Below are positions 1-7,777 of a stretch of DNA of 29,996 nucleotides, piece after piece (the stretch's first letter is position 1; each line of letters starts with the position of its first letter). Source of the DNA: Candidatus Micrarchaeia archaeon (GTDB lineage Archaea; Micrarchaeota; Micrarchaeia; CAILAH01); the NCBI GenBank assembly GCA_038740245.1, contig JAVYLZ010000007.1, positions 1-29,996 of the forward strand, given 5' to 3'. Both the position numbers and the translations under genes were made by a program. The notes beneath the pieces are model-generated. The model was not told where the DNA came from, did no database searches, and saw only the letters and a list, made by a program, of their open reading frames with translations.

Positions 1-563
1 ATTGCGCGCACAAGCGCTGCATTTTGTGCCGTAATATTTGGCTGGCGCACAGGAACGCCTGTTGCGTGCGGGTCGGTGTCCCCGACATCGCCCGTGGTGC
101 CCTTGCCGCGCACTACCACAACACCGCGGTGCTCCACAGTGCTCTTAAACGCAAACTCAAACCCGTCTATGCTTATTGAGGCGATTGATTTTGCGAGCCC
201 TGAGGCGTCCTGCGTGGCAATCCTGCCCGCGCGCCGGTCCACCACAACAAACCTGTCATCAACAGTCGCAAAATTTGCCCTGAACGCCACATTACCCTCC
301 TCAAGATGCATGCCCGCACCAAGCGCCTCGAGAGGGCCCCTGCCAGGATAGAATTTTTCAGGAGGGTATCCCAGTATGTTAAGTTGTGACGTGTCACTGC
401 CCGGTATTATACCAACCCCTATCGGATGCATAAGCCCGCACACGCCGTTGCGCGCGAGCGCGTCAAGGTTGGGTGTTTTGGCAAGCTCAAGCTCGGTCTT
501 GCGGCCCTTGGCAGGGAGGCTGCCAAGCCCGTCAATCATCAGGAAAACTGCCTTTCTTTGCAT
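1..563 (-). CDS. apgM: 2,3-bisphosphoglycerate-independent phosphoglycerate mutase, archaeal type (5' part; runs off the window edge)
   Basis: Not in the ORF track. Manual translation from ATG 563 gives MQRKAVFLMIDGLG..KTELELAKTPNLDALA..G..HPIGVGIIPGSDTSQLNILGY..YPGRGPLEALGAG..VAFRANFATVD..DRRAGRI..EHRGVVV..DTDP, all ApgM motifs. Confidence 0.93.
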   Translation of the reverse strand, partial: MQRKAVFLMIDGLGSLPAKGRKTELELAKTPNLDALARNGVCGLMHPIGVGIIPGSDTSQLNILGYPPEKFYPGRGPLEALGAGMHLEEGNVAFRANFATVDDRFVVVDRRAGRIATQDASGLAKSIASISIDGFEFAFKSTVEHRGVVVVRGKGTTGDVGDTDPHATGVPVRQPNITAQNAALVRA

Positions 564-605
564 AAGATGGAATTGCACGCTAAACTTAAAAAGTGAAAAT
601 TAGGT

Positions 606-1319
606 TTAGGTGTTTGAGGGTGTCCTGCAAACGTGGTCCGGCTCATCGCAGTATGTGCCAGCGGCGCAGTCCTCATCAACGTTGCAGTAGCCGGTCTTTG
701 CAACGCACTTGTGCGTTGAGAGCTTGCAGAACTCCCACGGCTTGCAGTCGCCTTCATCGTTGCAGAAGCCCTGCTTGACCTCGCACTTGTTTGTCTTGTT
801 GTTGCAGGATTCCCATGCATCGCAGTCGGCGTTTGAGCCGCATCTGCCAGGTGTTGGCTTGCACGTGTTAGATGATGTATCGCACTCCTGCCACGGCTTG
901 CAGTCGTATGCATTCACGCACCTGCCCTCAACGGGCTCGCACTTGTGGGTTGCATCGTTGCAGTATTCCCACGAGTTCAGGCACATTGATGATGTGTTGC
1001 AGTAGCCCGCACGGAGCACGCACTTGCCCTGCACGCGGTCGCACTGCTGCCAGTAGCCGCAATCGGCATCGGTTGCGCAGTAGCCTGCCCTGAACGAGCA
1101 TCTGTGCGTTTTCTTGTCGCACTGGTACTTGGCGGCGTCCCCGCAGTCCGCGGGCACATCGCAGTATCCTTCAAGGGTCTTGCACACGTTTTCGCCTGTG
1201 CAATACTGCCACGTGCTGCAGTCCGCGCTGCTTGTGCACGATGTGCGGCTGCTGTCGCCCGTGCATCCCGCCAGCAGCAGCGCGGCGGCAACTGCAAACA
1301 ATAGCATATAGATCCTCAT
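606..1319 (-). CDS. Secreted lipoprotein made of eight tandem 4-Cys repeats
   Basis: Hydrophobic signal with LAGC lipobox, then 8 units of about 26 aa (G-[YRF]-C-x4-D-C-x2-W-[QE]-x-C-x6-C). Confidence 0.85.
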   Translation of the reverse strand: MRIYMLLFAVAAALLLAGCTGDSSRTSCTSSADCSTWQYCTGENVCKTLEGYCDVPADCGDAAKYQCDKKTHRCSFRAGYCATDADCGYWQQCDRVQGKCVLRAGYCNTSSMCLNSWEYCNDATHKCEPVEGRCVNAYDCKPWQECDTSSNTCKPTPGRCGSNADCDAWESCNNKTNKCEVKQGFCNDEGDCKPWEFCKLSTHKCVAKTGYCNVDEDCAAGTYCDEPDHVCRTPSNT

Positions 1320-1323
1320 ACCA

Positions 1324-2958
1324 TCACTCTTCCATCCACTTCTTGTATGATATGTAAAACACAGCGATTAGGAGGGCAACCAACATAAACATTACGATTA
1401 TGGGCGTGTAGTCATCGCCTACGGTTATCGTCCCAGTGAACGGCTTATAGCCCGGTCTGCGCACCTCAACGTGGTAGTCGCCCCGCTCAGCGGGCACAAC
1501 TTCAAGCGTCCCGTTTACGTTTGTATACTTGGTTTTTCCGAGCATTATGCTCACGTGGTCCAGTGGCTTGCCGCTGGCATCCGATACCGCTATTGACACC
1601 TTGGTCTTGTAGCCTGCCCATGATGGCATCTTGACATTCATTTCGCGGCCGGCGGCCTTGCGCACCACATTCACTGCGGAATACGGCTCACGCTCCTCGC
1701 CGTCCCCGCTTACCACGCGGCAGTAGATTGTGTTCTCGCCGAGTGCCATGACAGAGGTTGATACCTGCCCGACGTATGCGCTTTCCTTGCCTGTGGCTGT
1801 AATCCAGCCACCGTCATTCACGCGCACCTGCACCTCGCGTATGGGCGTGTCTGCGTAGGCGCTTATCTCCACGTCCAGTGAGTCCACGCCAGACACATCG
1901 TCGCCTTCGGCAGGGAAATTGATGTCGCACGAGGATGTTGAGAGTGCTGCAAGCGTTCCGTTCTTTGATATGGCATAAATCATGCCGCCCTGCTTTATAA
2001 TCTCTGCCTTTATCGGCAGGCCTGTTTGGTAATCCCATAGCAGTTTCCCGCCGTGCGATATGCCGTAAAGTATGCCGCCGTCTGTGATTGCATAGATGCC
2101 GCCTTCAGTTATTATGGGCCTTGCTGCAACCTGGCTAGTAAGCTTGGTGCACCAGTCAATGGCGCCCATCTGCTGCATGCGGCACACATGGCCTCCAGCA
2201 GTTGTAAATATTATTGCCTCATTGTCGGCCGCAAGGTCTGCGGACACTGCCGCACCGTCAGGAGTTGATGCGAGCAGCATTGCGTTTTTGGGGCTTGATG
2301 TTGCGAACGAGTATATCTTCCCGTCATATGTGCCCATAAATATGCGGTTGCCGAGCACCACGGGCGACGATTTCCAGAACACCGTGCTGAACTGCGCCTG
2401 GTCTGCAACGGAACCGTCCGCAGTATTAATGGTGAGGACGCCCCCGTTCTCGCAGAATGCGAACAGACGCCCGCCCGCAAGAACGGGCGTTGAGTGCACC
2501 TTGCACGGCTGTTTCTGCTGCCACAGCACGGTGCCGCTTGATGTGCTGAACAGCACAATACCGTTTTCCGTTGGTATGTACACGTTAGTACCGGAGACCA
2601 GCGGGTCGTTGAGCACCTCGCCGCTCAGGTTTACGGTCTTGACAATCATGCGCGTGGTATCGCTTATCTCGTAAAGCTGGCCCTCGCGTGAGAGCGCTAT
2701 GATAAGGCCGCCGCTCCTGAACGGCCTGAGCAGGGAGCCCTTTGCCTGCACGCTCCACAGGCTTCTTCCGTCCAATGCTTGCGCCTTTGAGACGGTGTCA
2801 AGCGCACCGATGTAGATGGATGTGCCGTCAGTATCAATGCCGCCGGTCACATCTGCGCCGTAATCGCTGGACCATTTCACGCGGCCGGCGTGCGCGCACT
2901 GCGCAAGCAGTGCAAAAACAAGAATGAAAAAAACCGCCCTACTTGAGCTTTGCATCAT
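1324..2958 (-). CDS. Membrane-anchored surface protein: PQQ/BamB-like beta-propeller, Ig-like domains, C-terminal TM helix
   Basis: Signal peptide ending AHA. Repeated blade motifs (DGRSLW, SGTVLW, STPV, SSPVV, GGKLLW). Ig-like IREVQVRVNDGGW and YHVEVRRPGYKP segments. C-terminal TM followed by YKKW. ATG 2958 is preferred over the track's 2982. Confidence 0.82.
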   Translation of the reverse strand: MMQSSSRAVFFILVFALLAQCAHAGRVKWSSDYGADVTGGIDTDGTSIYIGALDTVSKAQALDGRSLWSVQAKGSLLRPFRSGGLIIALSREGQLYEISDTTRMIVKTVNLSGEVLNDPLVSGTNVYIPTENGIVLFSTSSGTVLWQQKQPCKVHSTPVLAGGRLFAFCENGGVLTINTADGSVADQAQFSTVFWKSSPVVLGNRIFMGTYDGKIYSFATSSPKNAMLLASTPDGAAVSADLAADNEAIIFTTAGGHVCRMQQMGAIDWCTKLTSQVAARPIITEGGIYAITDGGILYGISHGGKLLWDYQTGLPIKAEIIKQGGMIYAISKNGTLAALSTSSCDINFPAEGDDVSGVDSLDVEISAYADTPIREVQVRVNDGGWITATGKESAYVGQVSTSVMALGENTIYCRVVSGDGEEREPYSAVNVVRKAAGREMNVKMPSWAGYKTKVSIAVSDASGKPLDHVSIMLGKTKYTNVNGTLEVVPAERGDYHVEVRRPGYKPFTGTITVGDDYTPIIVMFMLVALLIAVFYISYKKWMEE

Positions 2959-3415
2959 AAACCCCTGCGCCAACCTCGGCAATGACCTGCTTGGCGGGCT
3001 TGCCGTCGCAGGTGATGCCCATGCTCACGCAGGTGCCAAGCACCTGGCATACCGAGCTCTTAAGCGAGCCCGTGTTCATGGATTCGCTCTTTGTCTTTGC
3101 AATCCGGACCACTTGGTCAATCGTAATGTTTCCTGCAACCGTCTCCTTGTTGCCGCTGCCTTTCTCAATGCCCAGCTCCTTTTTTATGAGCGCGCTTATG
3201 GGCGGCATCCCCACCTCAACCTCAAACTCCTTGGTTGCGGGGTCCGCGATTACCTTGACAGGGACCTGTATGCCCGCAAAATCCTTGGTCTTCTGGTTGA
3301 TGGTGTCAATCACCTTGTTTATGGGTATGCCGGTAGGGCCCAGCGCAGGGCCGAGCGGTGGCCCGGCAGTGGCCTTGCCACCCGAGACCAATGCACTTAT
3401 AGTCAGCTTTGCCAT
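2939..3415 (-). CDS. rpl11: 50S ribosomal protein uL11
   Basis: GGKATAGPPLGPALGP, F.G..VPVKV and GTCVSMG motifs. GGAGTGA RBS upstream. Confidence 0.97.
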   Translation of the reverse strand: MAKLTISALVSGGKATAGPPLGPALGPTGIPINKVIDTINQKTKDFAGIQVPVKVIADPATKEFEVEVGMPPISALIKKELGIEKGSGNKETVAGNITIDQVVRIAKTKSESMNTGSLKSSVCQVLGTCVSMGITCDGKPAKQVIAEVGAGVYDAKLK

Positions 3416-3433
3416 GAAATCACTCCTTTATCA

Positions 3434-3877
3434 TCATTCGGCTTTCTGGTGTATCTTGAGCCACGAGAGCTTTGTGGTGATGGGTATGGGCACCGTCACC
3501 TCAAGCAGCTCAATGGTTGCCTCCTCCTTCTCAAGGTCAAGCTTGACGACCTTTGCGCGGTCGCCCTTGAACGGGCCGTTGATTACCTCAACAATGTCGC
3601 CCTTGGACAGGCTCAGTATCTGCGGCTTGGCCTCAATCATTTTCTTAATATCCTCGGCGCTTATGTCACCGGGCAGCACGCCCTTGACATTGGGTACCTG
3701 GAACGCCAGCCTGCGCGCGTCCGACTCCTCGGGCGCCTCAACCAGTATGTAGCCCTTGAACCCCTCAAGCACGATTATTGAGTAGACATTCAGCTTGAGC
3801 TTGCCAACCCTGTTCCTGAGTAGGTCAGCAACAATCTTTTCCTGCCCTGCGGTTACACGAAGTGCGTAGTAAGCCAT
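3434..3877 (-). CDS. spt5: Transcription elongation factor Spt5 (NusG homologue)
   Basis: NGN domain (T.GQE, KGYILVEA) and KOW motif GDIVEVINGPFKG. Likely start ATG 3877 (MAYYALRV). Confidence 0.96.
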   Translation of the reverse strand: MAYYALRVTAGQEKIVADLLRNRVGKLKLNVYSIIVLEGFKGYILVEAPEESDARRLAFQVPNVKGVLPGDISAEDIKKMIEAKPQILSLSKGDIVEVINGPFKGDRAKVVKLDLEKEEATIELLEVTVPIPITTKLSWLKIHQKAE

Positions 3878-3887
3878 TGAAAACACC

Positions 3888-4061
3888 CTATACAAGCGAA
3901 AACAGGAAGCTTATGATAAAGCCCAGCAGCCCGATGCCAAACGCCACACTGAGCACTATCCTGAGCATGCGCTCAAACTCGGCGTATTCCGGCTTTTTGG
4001 CGACTGCCATCACGCGCTGCGACTGCGCGATAAAGTCCGTAAACATCCCTATAACGTTCAA
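3888..4061 (-). CDS. secE: Protein translocase subunit SecE / Sec61-gamma
   Basis: Not in the ORF track. Manual translation: (MNVIG)MFTDFIAQSQRVMAVAKKPEYAEFERMLRIVLSVAFGIGLLGFIISFLFSLV*, with the RV..VAKKP...EF motif and one TM. Canonical position between ftsZ and spt5. Start is TTG 4061 or ATG 4046. Confidence 0.92.
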   Translation of the reverse strand: MNVIGMFTDFIAQSQRVMAVAKKPEYAEFERMLRIVLSVAFGIGLLGFIISFLFSLV

Positions 4062-4079
4062 TTATGGCACCCTTGTAAG

Positions 4080-5156
4080 CTATATTGACTCCAGGTCCAC
4101 CTCAAGCTTGTCAAGCTTTTCCTCCTCAAGCTTGTACTCCGGGAACTGGGCCCCTGCTATAAGCACGAGAACCTTTATTACGTTTCTCGGCATCTCCTCG
4201 TCAACGCGCGCACCCCATATTATATGCGAGTCCTTGCCTATCTTTGACGACACTTCCATCGCCATAAGCTCGGCTTCGCGCAGGGTCATGTCCGCGCCGC
4301 CCACCACATTGATGAGCGCCCTGTTGGCTTCGCTTATGTCAGCATCAAGCAGCGGCGAGTTGAGCGCGGCCTCAATCGCCATGCGCGCACGCTCGTCCGG
4401 CTTGGCGTCCGCACCTGATTCGCCGGCACCGATAACCGCATACCCGCCGTTGGTCAGCGTGGTGCGTATGTCCGCAAAGTCAAGGTTGATGAGCCCGACC
4501 TTGGTTATGAGCTCTGTAATGCCCTTTGTGGCGCCCGCGAGCACCTCGTCCGATATCCTGAACGCCGTGTTTATGGGCAGGTCCGGCGCAATGGTCAGCA
4601 GTTTGTCATTCGGTATGACTATTGTTGTGTCGGTTTTCTTCCTGAGCTTGCTCAGCCCCTCAAGCGCGTTTTTCCTGCGCTGCTTGCCCTCGGAATAAAA
4701 CGGCAGCGTGACCACGCCAATCGCGAGCGCGCCCACCTTTTTTGCCACTTCCGCAACAACGTGCGCCGACCCGGTGCCAGTGCCCCCGCCAAGCCCGCAC
4801 GTTACGAATACCATTGATGCGCCTTCAAGCGCACGCTCAAGCTCCTGTATGCTCTCCTTGGCGGCCTGCTCACCGATGTCCGGGTTGCTTCCCGCACCCA
4901 TGCCCCTTGTAATCTTCTTGCCCAGCAGTATTTTCTTGTCCGCCTTTATCCTGAGCAGGTGCTGGACGTCCGTGTTTATCGCAATTATCTCGGCACCCTC
5001 AACGCCCAGCTGGTTGAGCCGGTTAAGCGTGTTGCACCCGCTGCCCCCCGCGCCCACAATGCATATCTTGGGCTTTGTCTCGTTAAGGAACTCAACAAGC
5101 TCCTCGTCAGGGTCCTTCACAGGAATCTGCTTTGCGATATCATCAACTTTTGGCAT
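4080..5156 (-). CDS. ftsZ: Cell division protein FtsZ (FtsZ1-type by gene context)
   Basis: GAGGSGCN, NTD, GAGSNP, GGGTGTG signature, PNDKL and NLDFAD motifs. Confidence 0.98.
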   Translation of the reverse strand: MPKVDDIAKQIPVKDPDEELVEFLNETKPKICIVGAGGSGCNTLNRLNQLGVEGAEIIAINTDVQHLLRIKADKKILLGKKITRGMGAGSNPDIGEQAAKESIQELERALEGASMVFVTCGLGGGTGTGSAHVVAEVAKKVGALAIGVVTLPFYSEGKQRRKNALEGLSKLRKKTDTTIVIPNDKLLTIAPDLPINTAFRISDEVLAGATKGITELITKVGLINLDFADIRTTLTNGGYAVIGAGESGADAKPDERARMAIEAALNSPLLDADISEANRALINVVGGADMTLREAELMAMEVSSKIGKDSHIIWGARVDEEMPRNVIKVLVLIAGAQFPEYKLEEEKLDKLEVDLESI

Positions 5157-5241
5157 TTAAACACCCAAACCTAGCCGTCTGCACATTCTGTGTGAAATTA
5201 GCCACTCAACTTTTTTAAGGTTATATTACAATACCTTCTGT

Positions 5242-6144
5242 ATGCCACTCAGCAGGATTGCACAGCGCACCATACGTGACATCAAGTCCCTTAAGATACA
5301 GGGCGCGCGCAACATAGCGCGTGCAGCCGTGGGTGCGCTTGCGGCGGAGGCGCGGGCGTTCAAGGGCACGTCCCGCGGCGCATTCATATCTGCACTGCTG
5401 GTTGCCGCCGATGAGATTGCGGCCACGCGGCCTAACGAGCCCATGCTCCGCAACTACCTCAGGTATCTGGTCTCGCGCATCACCGGACAGGAAGGGACTG
5501 TTGATGAGCTCAAGCAGGAGGTTGCAAAGCTTGAGCAGGGCATTTACGTGGAGATGGAGCTCTCAAAAAAGATGCTCGTTGACTATGGCTCGCAGCTCAT
5601 AAAGAGCGGCGGCGTCTACTATACACACTGCCACAGCTCAACAGTGGTGGGCATACTCAAGGAAGCGTACGATGATTCAAAGGACTTCTCGGTTATAGTG
5701 AGCGAGACACGGCCGCGCTATCAGGGCCTCAAGACCGCAAAAGCGCTAGCATCGTACGGCATCCCAACAACGCTCATAGTTGACAGTGCGGCGCACGCGT
5801 ATGTGCGCAGGGCGGATGCAGTGCTTGTGGGCGCGGACTCGGTGTCCGCATCCGGCGACCTCATAAATAAAATCGGCACGTGCGCAATTGCACAGTTTGC
5901 GCGTAGCCACCAGATACCGTTTTACAGTGCGGCCGAGCTGTACAAGTTTGACCATCTCACTAAATGGGGCATGCTTGAGCCCATTGAGATGCGCGACCCA
6001 AAGGAGGTGTATGCGGGGCCGGTGCCAAAGGCGCTTAAAATTGAGAACCCCGCATTTGATCTTACGCCCGCCCAGCTTATAACCGCATACATAACCGAGC
6101 GCGGCATAATACCTCCGCAGTCAATAATGCTCCTTACGAAGTGA
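5242..6144 (+). CDS. Ribose-1,5-bisphosphate isomerase (eIF-2B alpha/beta/delta family)
   Basis: IQGA, TRP, THCHS, ETRP..QG, VGAD, NKIGT and NPAFD.TP motifs. Directly upstream of AMP phosphorylase. Confidence 0.88.
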   Translation: MPLSRIAQRTIRDIKSLKIQGARNIARAAVGALAAEARAFKGTSRGAFISALLVAADEIAATRPNEPMLRNYLRYLVSRITGQEGTVDELKQEVAKLEQGIYVEMELSKKMLVDYGSQLIKSGGVYYTHCHSSTVVGILKEAYDDSKDFSVIVSETRPRYQGLKTAKALASYGIPTTLIVDSAAHAYVRRADAVLVGADSVSASGDLINKIGTCAIAQFARSHQIPFYSAAELYKFDHLTKWGMLEPIEMRDPKEVYAGPVPKALKIENPAFDLTPAQLITAYITERGIIPPQSIMLLTK

Positions 6145-6153
6145 TGTGATTGG

Positions 6154-7728
6154 ATGCACATGGAACGCATAAGCATTGAATATACCGTTAAGGTGTTTGA
6201 CATAGGCGCGGGCCTGCCCGTGGTTGTGCTTAACGATAATGAGGCGCGCCAGCGCGACCTTTACCTGGGCGACCGTGTGGAGCTAACCTACAAGGGCAAG
6301 AAAATGACCGCCATAGTTGACATATCGCCTAAGCTTGTGCGCGAGGGTGAGCTTGGCGTATTCATAGAGATTGTTGACAAGCTGAAGTGCGGGCAGGGCG
6401 ACAGGATATCAATGATGCCGCTCAACAAGCCCGCATCAATTGAGTATATCCGCAGGAAACTGGACGGCGGCGAGCTCAGGCAGAATGAGATAAGCGAGAT
6501 AATAGACGATGTGATGAACGACCGCCTGAGCGATGCCGAGCTGGCCGTGTTTGTGGCCGCAGTTTATGCGCGCGGCCTCAATTCTGAGGAAACAGTTGCG
6601 CTTACACACGCAATAATGAATTCAGGAGAAGTGCTTGACTTTGGTGCCCATCCGGTTATTGACAAGCACTGCATAGGTGGTGTGGCGGGCAACAGGACCA
6701 CCATGGTCGTCGTGCCCATACTTGCAGCTGCGGGCGCGTACGTCCCCAAAACATCGTCGCGCGCAATCACCTCCGCGGCTGGCACTGCCGATACAATGGA
6801 GGTGCTGTGCCCCGTCAATTTCTCAAGCGAAGAGCTTAAGCGCATAGTGCTCAAGACGCATGGGTGCATAGTATGGGGCGGCGGTGTCCACCTTGCCCCC
6901 GCAGACGACAAGCTCATACGCATCAGGTACCCGTTCAGGCTGGACCCACGCGGCATGCTCTTGGCAAGCATAATGGCCAAGAAGCGCGCGGTCGGCACAG
7001 AATACCTTGCCGTGGACATACCTGTTGGCAGGGGCACAAAGCTCGAGGACCCGGCACGCGGGCGTGAGCTTGCCAAGGATTTCATAGACATAAGCAGCCG
7101 CCTGGGCATGAAGTGCCAGGTGTTCGTGACGGATGGCAGCGACCCGATCGGGTTCGGTGTTGGCCCGGCGCTTGAGTGCCGCGATGTGCTTGAGGTGCTG
7201 CAGGGCAAGGGGCCGCAGGACCTGTACAACAAGAGCTGCCTGATAGCCGGCTCGCTGCTTGAGCTTGCCGGCCTTGTGCAGAAGGGCGAGGGCTACAATG
7301 CCGCACAGGGCATAATCAAGTCCGGCAAGGCGTTTGAGAAGATGCGCGAGATTGTGGAAGCGCAGGGCGGCAGCCGCAGCCTGCGTGTGGATGACCTTCC
7401 GATAGGCAAGTACAAAGCCGAGTTCCTGTGCGAGGAGGACGGCCGTGTGGAGTACGTATGCAACAAAAAGGTTTCACGGATAGCGCGTGCCGCCGGCTCG
7501 CCCAAATCCAAGGGGGCGGGCGTGGTTCTCAAGTGCGAGCAGGGCGACCGTGTCAAGAAAGGGCAGGTGCTCCTTGAGATATATTCCGACAGCGAGGCTA
7601 AGCTTGACTATGCGCTCAAGGTTGCACACGAAATCCAGCCGATTGAGCTCCAAAACATACTTTTGGGCACGTACGGCCGCGAGCAGTCAAACGGCGGGGC
7701 ATCTGATGCGCCGCTGCTCTCAGTTTAG
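6154..7728 (+). CDS. AMP phosphorylase (archaeal thymidine/pyrimidine-nucleoside phosphorylase family)
   Basis: N-terminal double-psi-barrel-like extension, DKHCIGGVAGN, PKTSSRAITSAAGTADTMEVL, DIPVG..TK, GPALE and IARAAG.P..KGAG motifs. Confidence 0.95.
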   Translation: MHMERISIEYTVKVFDIGAGLPVVVLNDNEARQRDLYLGDRVELTYKGKKMTAIVDISPKLVREGELGVFIEIVDKLKCGQGDRISMMPLNKPASIEYIRRKLDGGELRQNEISEIIDDVMNDRLSDAELAVFVAAVYARGLNSEETVALTHAIMNSGEVLDFGAHPVIDKHCIGGVAGNRTTMVVVPILAAAGAYVPKTSSRAITSAAGTADTMEVLCPVNFSSEELKRIVLKTHGCIVWGGGVHLAPADDKLIRIRYPFRLDPRGMLLASIMAKKRAVGTEYLAVDIPVGRGTKLEDPARGRELAKDFIDISSRLGMKCQVFVTDGSDPIGFGVGPALECRDVLEVLQGKGPQDLYNKSCLIAGSLLELAGLVQKGEGYNAAQGIIKSGKAFEKMREIVEAQGGSRSLRVDDLPIGKYKAEFLCEEDGRVEYVCNKKVSRIARAAGSPKSKGAGVVLKCEQGDRVKKGQVLLEIYSDSEAKLDYALKVAHEIQPIELQNILLGTYGREQSNGGASDAPLLSV

Positions 7729-7777
7729 TGCTGTTTTGGCCTGTTTTTAGCGCTTTTATTTATCTTTCCCCCAATAT

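Noticed and set aside
606..1250. Periodic ~78-nt pattern considered as a CRISPR array or DNA tandem repeat
   Set aside because: The periodicity is at the protein level (Cys codons), with no identical DNA repeats and no cas genes.
2924..5160. Long + strand ORFs (285, 256, 278 and 150 aa)
   Set aside because: Antisense shadows of rpl11, spt5, secE and ftsZ, with no protein motifs.
5242..6144. Annotation as translation factor eIF-2B or MtnA
   Set aside because: The THCHS motif and adjacency to AMP phosphorylase favour R15P isomerase.
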